A stretch of 30,822 nucleotides of DNA from contig CAXIUT010000129.1 of the NCBI GenBank assembly GCA_964035545.1, positions 1 through 30,822 of the forward strand. The letters are read 5' to 3'. The stretch is from Bugula neritina (taxonomy: Eukaryota; Animalia; Bryozoa). The notes beneath the pieces were generated by a model, which was not told where the DNA came from, did no database searches, and saw only the letters and a list, made by a program, of their open reading frames with translations. Positions 12,701-23,885 of the stretch are shown in pieces (within the stretch, counting starts at the first letter, position 1; every line of letters starts with the position of its first letter). Made by a program: the position numbers and the translations under genes.

Positions 12701-15700
12701 AACAAGTTTATTATAACACTTAACTATGCCTGTAGATAAAATGTCAAATTAAGTTCATGCAAGGGTGTATTGACTTGGAATGGTAAATAATATCAAATCA
12801 ATCCTGATAATCATGCTGTTAAAAAATTCAAAGTCTAAGTTTAAGTCAAGTAAGGACAAAACACACTATAACTCAAAGGATCAGGCTAAAGTGATAAACT
12901 TGGTCTCACAATTGATAATGTCAGAATGAGAAGAGTATGCCCAAAAGAAAAAGAAGAAGAATTATCTTAAGGAGTTATTATCACCACTGAAGGATAAGAA
13001 CCTTCTACATAAGAAATTTCTGAAAAAGAATAAGAACCTTCTGGATAAAAACCTTCTGAATAAGGATAAAAACCTTCTGGATAAAAACCTTCTGAATAAG
13101 GATAAAAACCTTCTGGATAAAAACCTTCTGAATAAGGATAAAAACCTTCTGGATAAAAACCTTCAAAACCTGAAATTTCTTAGCCAGTTAAGCCAGTAGA
13201 CAAATCATGCGCTAATATTGTTGTTAATGGAGGTTTCCAAAGACCTAACACCAAAAAGAGTTGGGGTAAATTTAATAAAGTTCCAGGATGGAAAGGAAAA
13301 GGAATTGAAATTGGTTTTGGAACAATCTACAATAAAGGATGGAAAAGTCAAGTTTGTGAACTCGATAGTCACAAAAATTATGCTATTAGTCAAAAATGGA
13401 ACTTCGATAGTGACTACCAACTCAAGGATAGCAAGAATAAGCTTTCCCCTGCTCCAATCCTATCTAACAAGTTTATTATAACACTTAACTATGCCTGTAG
13501 ATAAAATGTCAAATTAAGTTCATGCAAGGGTGTATTGACTTGGAATGGTAAATAATATCAAATCAATCCTGATAATCATGCTGTTAAAAAATTCAAAGTC
13601 TAAGTTTAAGTCAAGTAAGGACAAAACACACTATAACTCAAAGGATCAGGCTAAAGTGATAAACTTGGTCTCACAATTGATAATGTCAGAATGAGAAGAG
13701 TATGCCCAAAAGAAAAAGAAGAAGAATTATCTTAAGGAGTTATTATCACCACTGAAGGATAAGAACCTTCTACATAAGAAATTTCTGAAAAAGAATAAGA
13801 ACCTTCTGGATAAAAACCTTCTGAATAAGGATAAGAACCTTCTGGATAAAAACCTTCTGAATAAGGATAAAAACCTTCTGGATAAAAACCTTCTGAATAA
13901 GGATAAAAACCTTCTAGATAAAAACCTTCAAAACCTGAAATTTCTTAGCCAGTTAAGCCAGTAGACAAATCATGCGCTAATATTGTTGTTAATGGAGGTT
14001 TCCAAAGACCTAACACCAAAAAGAGTTGGGGTAAATTTGATAAAGTTCCAGGATGGAAAGGAAAAGGAATTGAAATTGGTTTTGGAACAATCTACAATAA
14101 AGGATGGAAAAGTCAAGTTTGTGAACTCGATAGTCACAAAAATTATGCTATTAGTCAAAAATGGAACTTCGATAGTGACTACCAACTCAAGGATAGCAAG
14201 AATAAGCTTTCCCCTGCTCCAATCCTATCTAACAAGTTTATTATAACACTTAACTATGCCTGTAGATAAAATGTCAAATTAAGTTCATGCAAGGGTGTAT
14301 TGACTTGGAATGGTAAATAATATCAAATCAATCCTGATAATCATGCTGTTAAAAAATTCAAAGTCTAAGTTTAAGTCAAGTAAGGACAAAACACACTATA
14401 ACTCAAAGGATCAGGCTAAAGTGATAAACTTGGTCTCACAATTGATAATGTCAGAATGAGAAGAGTATGCCCAAAAGAAAAAGAAGAAGAATTATCTTAA
14501 GGAGTTATTATCACCACTGAAGGATAAGAACCTTCTACATAAGAAATTTCTGAAAAAGAATAAGAACCTTCTGGATAAAAACCTTCTGAATAAGGATAAA
14601 AACCTTCTGGATAAAAACCTTCTGAATAAGGATAAAAACCTTCTGGATAAAAACCTTCTGAATAAGGATAAAAACCTTCTGGATAAAAACCTTCAAAACC
14701 TGAAATTTCTTAGCCAGTTAAGCCAGTAGACAAATCATGCGCTAATATTGTTGTTAATGGAGGTTTCCAAAGACCTAACACCAAAAAGAGTTGGGGTAAA
14801 TTTGATAAAGTTCCAGGATGGAAAGGAAAAGGAATTGAAATTGGTTTTGGAACAATCTACAATAAAGGATGGAAAAGTCAAGTTTGTGAACTCGATAGTC
14901 ACAAAAATTATGCTATTAGTCAAAAATGGAACTTCGATAGTGACTACCAACTCAAGGATAGCAAGAATAAGCTTTCCCCTGCTCCAATCCTATCTAACAA
15001 GTTTATTATAACACTTAACTATGCCTGTAGATAAAATGTCAAATTAAGTTCATGCAAGGGTGTATTGACTTGGAATGGTAAATAATATCAAATCAATCCT
15101 GATAATCATGCTGTTAAAAAATTCAAAGTCTAAGTTTAAGTCAAGTAAGGACAAAACACACTATAACTCAAAGGATCAGGCTAAAGTGATAAACTTGGTC
15201 TCACAATTGATAATGTCAGAATGAGAAGAGTATGCCCAAAAGAAAAAGAAGAAGAATCTAAATAAATTGTTGTATAAGATGGTGGTGATTCTTCAAAACC
15301 TCCTATTTGTGTGTTACCTCCACCTCATTCTAAAACTTCTCTTTAAATAGCTCTGTAATATTTACATAAGACTACTAAATTAAAAGGTTGTTAACTCTAG
15401 AATTATTAATAAACTATATTCAATTCAGCCGTTACATTTATATTGGATTTAAAATGTAAGTAAAATAAAAAAACTATTAAATGTTCTGCTTCCGTATCTT
15501 TGTTATCAAATTCAAATAAAATTCTTAACTATGAAGAATGTGAAGAACCTTAAGTTAATCCTAAACCAGATTAATTCAAACCACCTATCGTTACTGGTCC
15601 TGAATAAGAAAATAATGGAGAAGGTAAAGAATAAGATAGTATTTAAATATGTGGATAACTAGATGATGAGGAGGAGAATGTAGAAGAATAAGTACTTGAC

Positions 15701-17314
15701 CCTAATGAAGCCTACATTCTTGAAGCTATTGAACTAATCAATGAAGAATAAAGTCATGACAAATCTCTTGCTCCTGTTGACTCAGACATTGCAGCTATTG
15801 ATGAGATTATTATCTATCTTAGAGCTTCATATGTTGTCCTCGATAATTGTGCTGTTATCAAAGTTAGTCAAGACATTTCATATACTGTCAATAACAAACA
15901 AAGATACGTTATCTACTGTTTTAATGCTCCTGAACCTGGTCAAAAATATATTGTCTATAGATCAATAGTTGATTTTGATGAGTCAACTGAATAAACTAGA
16001 ATCATGATTCTTGCTTTTGATGTCTATATTAAAAACGACAAAGTTCTTATTTCTGTTCCCAAAAAAATTAAAAAAGCTATCTCTAAAGCTTAAAGTTTGG
16101 ATGTAGATGTCGCCTATGGATATGAAAATATTGATTTATCAGCTGCTGAATCAGATCAAAATGTTAAAAGTATCCTCAGTCAAATCAACTCTAAATATAG
16201 TACTCTTACTAAAGGTAAAACTTTACAATCTATTGAGCTGATGGAATTGAAAAATGGAAAACTTAACTACAAAATAATGTTCTTTGATCCAGTTACTCAT
16301 CTTAATGTCAAGTTTATCGTATATTACGATCCTTCCATTCAAAAAGTCATGCTTTTGAACACAGTTAACCTTCCTTCATCTCAAAGATTTGAAGAACTAT
16401 CTGAATCTGAGAAAATGAAAGATTCTCAACTTACTGATATCTTAAAACTCTTGCATAACCTTCATGAAAAAGAAATGAGTGGCTACAAATTACAATGTGT
16501 CAGTAAAGGAACTGTTGAAGCTAATGTTGTTGAGTATCATGTGACATGGACTTCCTCAGGAATTCAATACAGATCATATGTCAAATCTTTCTCAGGATCA
16601 CTTGAATAAACTTCCTTTGGATAACTTCAAACTATTTCTCTTGATCATTACAGATTAGATGAGTTCGAAAAAATGTTCATCATGAACTATCAAAAGCTTA
16701 GTGACAATGAAATTAAAACTGATACCAACTTCCATACTGCCTACTAAACACTTTTGTCAGAAAACAAAAATCTTGCCTAGTCATCTCTTATTGGAGCAGC
16801 TCAAAAACCTTTAGGTCTAGGCTTCGTTTATCACATTTTCTCAAGAATCTCTGGAGGTGCTATCATGAGATCCGAAGTATTCCTTGAATTGTACACTCTA
16901 AAAGCTACTGTTAAGAGTGTTGTAAATGAAGATTTTAAGAATGGATTTGTTTCTCTCAGTCAATAAGACAAGTCAATCAAAAAAATTATTTCTGTTCTTG
17001 ATAAGCAAGCAACTAAACCATCTCTTCAAAAACAACAATATAAAGTTCAGTCAGTCTAAGGAAAAGATTTTATCTTCGGAAAACTTTACAAAATCACTGT
17101 TTCTCTCAAAGGAAGACCTTTCACTGCCTTTGAATACCATGATGAATCATCAGAAGAAGTTCTTCTTTTGAACTGGTCAAATCAAAACAAACCTACTGGT
17201 TGTGCTACAGAAAACAATGATGGTCAGTGCTCAAAATGCGTCTAAGGATATACTCGTATTAATGACATGTGTATCTATGGCTGTGGAGTCCTATGCAAAG
17301 CAATTGAGTTCTGA
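784..17314 (+). CDS. Giant secreted repeat protein (~5,511 aa after restoring five 1-bp deletions): signal peptide, Cys-rich ends, cystatin-like repeats, 15 DUF642/CBM-like domains
   Basis: With TAR=Glu, ATG784 opens MSSLKLLLVLALMLASMNA|LDVGECVERHSDGWSCLKC... with no TGA until an indel-generated TGA at 10657. The frame resumes downstream and ends ...CIYGCGVLCKAIEF-TGA17312-17314. No introns are needed. Five single-base deletions relative to sister repeats lie at ~10640, ~10648, ~10671, ~11189 and ~11830. No C-terminal TM or GPI segment is seen. Confidence 0.85.
3890..15256 (+). repeat. Coding tandem array: 15 copies of a 765-bp (255-aa) unit
   Basis: Domain starts (CANIVVNGGF) at 3961, 4726, 5491, 6256, 7021, 7786, 8551, 9316, 10081, 10843, 11643, 12443, 13208, 13973, 14738. 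Spacing is 765 except 762, 800 and 800. Copies 2-15 are almost identical. Each linker carries a nested 36-bp repeat (PSGEKPSEEGEK) x3, or x4 in two units. Confidence 0.97.
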
Positions 17315-17406
17315 AAATGATATTCATTCTATAGTTATGTTAATTATCTACTTATTAAAATTAATTCATTATGTATTGATAATTAAAGTTTTTAAAATAT
17401 CTGATA

Positions 17407-18467
17407 TCAAAAATCTTCATCAGTTTTATATCTAATTTTCTCTTTTTACTGACCTGTTTTCTTTAAACCAGATGATTTCTTTTTTAAATTTTTATTTGAC
17501 TTGGATTTTGGCTCAATTTACATCATCAATCCCTGACCAGAAGTACCAATATTTCTTTGAACTCCATCTCTTTCTATAAGCTATTCTTAAGGATCAGCTA
17601 TCACTACTCTATTTCCACATAAAGCTTTTATGATATTTTTAAAACAAAAATTTCTATATCTATGATAAAATACTTTCTAAAGGGATTCCCTGCGACTGCA
17701 TTCCATGTGTTTTTACAAAATTCGTTTGTAGTTTGGTTGATAATTGAGAGATAGATATGAAAGAAAAATAAAGATGATACAAAAGCCCACGCTAAAAATG
17801 CCAATACAACAAGAACTATGTTGAAAGCAAAAGCTACACCAGATTAGAGGTCTTTAGCCACTAAAGCTCCTTGAATTACTACCAATATACTTTAAATCTA
17901 TAATGATGTAACAAATCCAATAAAAAGAGCATAATTTCTTTTACCAACACAAGTGCCAATCCAAGGACAATGATGATCAAATTTTTCTATACACATATTA
18001 CATTAATAGCAATGAGATGTCCTCGGAGGTCGATAGACATAACAAGTAGAACAAAATTTTAACCTCAAAGTATGAGTTTTGATAACTATTGGGTAGATAT
18101 TTTAACGGTCTCGCATAGAACCTTCTGTATATCGTTTGCTTATAGGTATTCTTTTTAGTTCCTGTCTCTAAAATTAACTAAAAATTTTAGGAATTGTCCC
18201 TGGATCTTTGAATCCTAAGGCTAATAACAAAACTTGCAAGATGATATTTATAATTCCAGTTATTACTACAAAAGCAATTGAAGATCTCCATGCGCAGACT
18301 CCGTAGTAAAGTCCCATAATAATCCATACAATGAGATGAGTGCCAATATATTTTTTCGGTTAAGAGAGTAAAAAACCACAACAAGATCTATACATTTTAT
18401 AGTTGGGAATTTGTGAGACCTAACTCGCCTTAATGATGTGCTTTTATCGATGCTTTTATTTAGGCAT
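17407..18467 (-). CDS. DHHC-type S-palmitoyltransferase (346 aa; intron 17654-17673)
   Basis: DPG motif; [43 protein letters not shown]; TM segments; NQTTNE and NPF motifs; a 20-nt GT-AG intron restores the frame; ends TGA. Confidence 0.95.
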
Positions 18468-18834
18468 ATAGAGAATTGATAACTATGAACTTTAGTTTAA
18501 TTAATAAAGCTTTGAATTGAAAAAAAATCTTTAGACAATAATTATCAACAATCATGAGAGTTAAATTATGTTTAAAATAATTAAATTGATAAATTCGACT
18601 CATTTTTTAATTCTAACTGAAAAAAAAAAACATTCATCATGATTAAAATATTTTTGGCCTCGATTTTTATTATCAGTTTCTTACAAGCAAAATATTTGTT
18701 TTTAATCTTTTTTCAAGATAAATATTCTTTGAATCATAAAATAATTATTAATTATTACGATTGAAAGTTATCTTGGATATCGTAATTAATCTATAAAATC
18801 CTAAATTATAATTTTTACTTAAGTTATTAGACAA

Positions 18835-19475
18835 ATGGGAGGACTTTGTTTGAATAAATAAAAAGAACCTGAGGCGCGATAGATCCCGAAACACAAAGTT
18901 CAGACTCAAGTACAAAATGTAGATGTGATTAAAATGAAATTAAAGCAAACTCGTGACAGAATCAAAGTTTTCATTAACAAAAAAAATGCCGATATAAATC
19001 AACTTGACAAAGAAATCAAATCTAAACTTCCTAAGTATGAAGAAACAAAGAATAAAAAATAGTTAATACCTCTTTTAAGAGCTAAAAAAGATCTGTTGAA
19101 TGCAATTGATCAGGGATAAACTCGGCTAAAACTTGTCAATTAAAAGCTGAGTGAAGTAGAAATGAGTTAAATCAACAAATAGGTTAAAATATAGTAATCT
19201 AGACCATTGATGTGCTTGACGACTCCAACAAGTATATTAGATAAGTTCAAGAATAACTCGAATAAAAAGATTGGAGAGGCGTTCTAGCTGATGCTCAGAA
19301 TAAGTATGAACTAGAATGGCCTGATGACAGTTAATAAGTTCAAGAAGATCCAGATTTTCAAAAGATGTGGGACGATATTGGAGGAAATAAACTGCCAAAA
19401 CAAGTTGCAAAAAAAGGAGTAAAAGTTGAAGTTAATGAACACTAAAGAGCAAAATAAAAATTAGAAATCGCTTGA
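18835..19475 (+). CDS. VPS20: ESCRT-III Snf7-family protein, VPS20/CHMP6-like (206 aa; intron 19183-19202)
   Basis: MGGLC myristoylation-type start; DVIKMKLKQTRDRIKVF, LIPLLRAKK and VEMSEINKETIDVLDDSNKYI align by eye with CHMP6 helices; basic N-half and acidic C-half; divergent. Confidence 0.7.
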
Positions 19476-19632
19476 TAAAGTAATCTTCTTTAATTAGTCA
19501 AAATAACTCGAACTATTATCATGAAAAATACTTTAAATTAGAGTAAATCTTTCTATTTTAGAAGATTTAATCATAAATTTCATATTTTATCTTATATTAT
19601 CAATAATATTAACTACAATAATATCAAGATTT

Positions 19633-21263
19633 ATGTAAGGGGTTGGGGTTGGGGTTGGGGTTGGGGTTGGGGTTGGGGTTGGGGTTGGGGTTGGGGTTGG
19701 GGACATATTTAGCAAATCAGATCCATATGTCAAATTATCCTATAAAAGAGATTATACTCAGCAATATTTTTCTCAGATAGGGAGGACATAAACAATTAAA
19801 AATAACTCTAATCCAAATTTTTCAAAAAGCTTTGTCATTGATTTCGTATTTGAATCTAGACAAGAGATCAAATTCGATATTTACGATGATGATGAAGGAA
19901 AAGATTAATTGATTGGTTATGTTGAAACAACTGTTGGTAATTTAATGGGTTCAAGAAGTCAATCTGCAACCTTAGACATAAAAAATGATTCAGAGATTAA
20001 AAAAGCAACTGGAAAACTAATAGTACGTTGTTAAAAAACACAGTAAACTTTAGGTATTGTTAAATTTATATAGGAATTTTGCAGATGCTTTGGAAAGCTG
20101 ATAAATTGTACAATGTAGATTCTTGGTTTGATTTTTGGGATAAAAGTGATCCATATATTAAATTTTTCAAAGTAAGAAATGATGAAAGCAGTATTTAAAT
20201 AAAACGAACAGAAGTTGTCAAAGATAATTTAAATCCTTCCTGGAAATCTATTTAAATCTAAACTTCTAGATTAATTAATCCAAAAAAGCAAGGATTTAGG
20301 CTTTAAGTTTGGGATTGGTAAGAAGATGGAGAGGATAGAATCATTGGGTCAGCATTTGTCCCTTTAACACAATTAAATAATGGTGCAACTGTTGCTTTAA
20401 CAAGCTCTTAAAATAAAAATCCTGGTGTCCTCACACTCTAAAATATCAAATGGATTCAAACTCCAACTTTTATCGACTATTTAAGAGCAGGATTATAACT
20501 GAACATGATCGTAGCTATCGATTTTACTGCTTCTAATGGATTATCTAAATTTCCTGATGCTCTTCATTATGTAAGTTAAAAAACTATTAATCAGTATCAA
20601 TTAGCTATTTCATCTGTTGCTCAAATATTGATGAACTATGATAGTAATCAAAAGATTCCAGCTTTTGGTTTTGGAGCTAAAACAAAGTTTGATGGAATCT
20701 TAACACATGTGAGTCATTGCTTTCCTTTAAGTGGAAATTTTAATTAAACAGAAGCTACTGGCATTTAAGATCTCATGAACTTATATAAAAAAGTTTTAAA
20801 TTATATCTAACTTTCTGGTCCAACTCTTTTTGGACCAATTATTTAAGAAACTATGAAACTAGCTTTCAGATGTAAACAATAGGGCTCAAGAATTTATCAA
20901 ACTCTATTAATATTAACTGATGGTTAAATTCATGATATGGATCATACGATATAGTTGATAATAAAGGCAACATATCTTCCAATGTCCATTATAATAGTAG
21001 GAATTGGAAAATAAAGTTTTTAAAAAATGTCTTGTCTTGATGGAGATAACGGATTAGTAGATTCAAATGGTCAAAAAGCACCAAGAGATATTGTACAGTT
21101 CATACCATTTAGATAATTGCAAATGAATGGAGATCTTTTAGCAAAATAAGTTCTAGCATAACTTCCCAATCAAGTCATACAATATATGACTATGCTCGGA
21201 AAATCTCCAGGATAGTTTGTCCCCATTAAAATAGAATAATTGATGAAAAACAAACAATTATGA
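19633..21263 (+). CDS. Copine (C2A-C2B-vWA); native 5' strand replaced by telomeric repeat; intron 20054-20073
   Basis: DIFSKSDPYV...GRTETIKNNSNPNF (C2A); WDKSDPYIKF...RTEVVKDNLNPSW (C2B); VAIDFTASNG, AFGFGA, SGPTLFGPII, LTDGEIHDM, LPMSIIIVGIG, RDIVQFIPF (vWA). Recognisable sequence starts at 19702. ATG19633 is in frame (536 aa) but the true start is uncertain. Confidence 0.9.
19639..19702 (+). repeat. Internal telomeric tract (GGGGTT)10GGGG
   Basis: Perfect 64-bp G4T2 run in right-end orientation, with no C4A2 counterpart after it. Confidence 0.97.
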
Positions 21264-21346
21264 TACTTAAAGTTTTATTTATTTTCCTTAAGAGAAACTT
21301 ATTTTATTAGAATAGATTCTTTAACAAGATGATAGTTTCTCATAAA

Positions 21347-21744
21347 TCATTCTTCAAGGTTAATAGAATTTCCAAATTTGTTATAAAGAGTTGCCTTTAA
21401 TTTCTTTAATTTCTTTTCAACGTCATCATGCTCTTTATTTGACTGTTTTAGATCTTATTTCACTTTTTCAATATCTTTTTCTACAAAGGCTCTAACTTGA
21501 ATCACTACTTAATAAAATGAATACCTGGAAGATGGAAAAAGCAGGTTCCAAATCTGTATTGCAAAATTTAATCATCATCAGAGAGTTAAATTTAGTCAAT
21601 AGTATCTTGATGTTGATTGACTTTTTATTTCAAACGAATCAAAGTTTAATCAAGTTCTTGTCTTTTTTGATATAGTTTTGAAAAAGTATTTATACTATTT
21701 TGATCTTCCTTTGTCACATGTGCGTCAGATCCTATTTTTTGCAT
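21347..21744 (-). CDS. PFDN4: Prefoldin subunit 4 (125 aa; intron 21505-21524)
   Basis: VTKEDQNSINTFSKL...YRFGTCFFHLP...LKATLYNKFGNSINLEE-TGA, characteristic of PFDN4/GIM3. Confidence 0.92.
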
Positions 21745-21877
21745 TTTTACCAACACTAATTATTATTTAAAATCAAATTACTCAAAATATTAATAAATCT
21801 GAGAAAAATAATCTTTTCATTTAATTCTTTTCAAATCAATATTCTTTATTTTATCAAAAGGTTTGTAATTTAAAAAT

Positions 21878-23608
21878 ATGATCTCATTAAAAATTCTATA
21901 TGCATTTCTTCTAACCTTTTTGTTCAATTGCAAACTCAAATAAATCGATAACTTTGTCTCTATTGCTATTATTGGAACTAACGATATACATGGAAATGCC
22001 TTTCCTATTGAACTCTAACGCTCTGATAATAAATAATCCTATAAGTATGGAGGACTACAATACATGGCTTCTATGATCTAAACTATTAAATAATAACACA
22101 AAGGCAACTTTCTTTATTTCGATGCTGGAGATCAATTTCAAGGAGGAATATAGTCTTCTCCTCTTGTTAGTTCAGGATAAATTATGAATGACTTTTTCAA
22201 TGAAATCAAAGTCGATAGTTCTGCAATTGGCAATCATTAGTTTGATTTTGGATCTAATTTCCTTCTCTATTATTTGTTAAATCGAAAAGGTTCTTCAAAC
22301 TTGGCTGCAAATTTAAAATCTTCTCAAGGAGAATAATAATTTTTGCCAGAACATAAAAATATCAAACTTTTTACCTTATAATCGGGAATCAAAATAGGAG
22401 TCATTGGTCTAACAACTCTTTAAACTTTAAGTACTACAAATGCTTTCCATAATAAGGCTTTTCCATTATACTAATTCCATGATTATGTCGAAATAATTAA
22501 AAAGCAAAGTAAAATATTACGTTAGCAAAGAGCAAATGCTATTATTTTAGTTGGTCATTTAGGAAATCGATGTAATGCAGATTCTACTTTTGGTTGGTGG
22601 TACTAAAGTACGATGCAACCAAGTGAATGTAAAAAAAATGATTAAATCAGTAAAATAATTGATTCTTTGCCTTCAGGAACAATAGATGCAGTTGTTCAAG
22701 GACATAGACATACTTTTTCGCATCATTTTGTTAATGGAATACCTATCATGAGTACAATTAATGGAGGAGCATACTTTAATATTCTATATTTATAGTTTTA
22801 TAATAACCAAATCGTTCAAAAGTTTATCTAAGGTCCTATTCCTGTCTGTTAAAAAGTTTTTTCTAATCTTAGAAAATGTGATTATCAAACTAAATAAGCT
22901 TTGAAAACCGCAGGAGATCTCGTTGAGTGGTAATTTCATGGTAAAAAGGTAAAATCTCATCCAAGAATAGAGAAACTTTTCTAAATAAAATGGATACCAA
23001 AAATGAAAGAATTTATGTAACCTTTAGTTTTAAATGAGGTCTATCTTCGATCTTAATTTGATTGTGAAAGTAAAATGGGAAATCTAATAACTGATCTTAT
23101 AGATATGTCCTTTCCTTAGAACGATTTTATCATTATCAATGAAGGAGGATTTAGAACAACTTGGTTTCCTGGAACTATTCAATTCCAACATTTTTATAAC
23201 ATGTTTCCTTTCACTGATAGTTTAGTGTCTTTTTAAATAACAGGTTAAGAACTTTTAAAAACTCTTTCGATTGTTCAAACTGGTAAAAAAGCCTTTTATC
23301 CGACTAAAAAATTAAAACAGGCAATTAGAATATATTCAAATAGTTCTAAGTAGTTTGTGTACGCAACTTTCTCTGATGATAGTCCTATTTAATTATCAAG
23401 CATTTACCGAGGAATTTCACTTGATTTTTTAATTAATGGAGGAGATTAATTTCGAAATGTTGTCCATAAAGTAGCTTAGTTTAAAAATATAAAAGAGTTA
23501 GGTGATTATAGAGATACAATCAAATTTCAACTTTAAAAACTTGGAACCATCAAATAAAACAAACTTATCGACCTCGAAAATCCTAGAATATTGATAAATA
23601 AAATTTGA
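21878..23608 (+). CDS. Secreted 5'-nucleotidase/apyrase-family metallophosphoesterase (576 aa)
   Basis: Signal-like N-terminus; GTNDIHG, DAGDQFQG, AIGNHEFDFG, VGHLG, QGHRH; C-domain ESKMGNLITD, NEGGFR, MFPF, LINGGD; intronless; ends TGA. Confidence 0.93.
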
Positions 23609-23885
23609 TTTTTTTTTGTTTTATTGATCAAAAAGTACGATTATTAAATCAACAATACTAATATTAATCTTTAAAATAAACTCTTTAATTTGATTAAATC
23701 CCTTATATTAACCCGATTTTTTTGGTTATTTTTTATCAAGAACATTATTCTGACTGTTATTATATCATAAAAATCTCTTAAACAAATTTGTGACAAAAAA
23801 AAAATCATTAAAACTTTTATTTATTTATCAAATTTTTAAATTTTCATTCAATCTTGCTAAAAAAGATAAAAACAATCAAAAACTT

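Noticed and set aside
3958-15011. Repeated 87-aa (+) and 71-aa (-) ORFs in the supplied track, which could suggest a tandem small-gene or toxin-antitoxin array
   Set aside because: These are off-frame and antisense shadows of the giant CDS; the true frame is hidden because TAA/TAG were treated as stops
3890-15256. Array as CRISPR, satellite or mobile element
   Set aside because: There are no unique spacers, cas/transposase genes or terminal repeats; the unit length is a multiple of 3 and in frame with unique coding flanks
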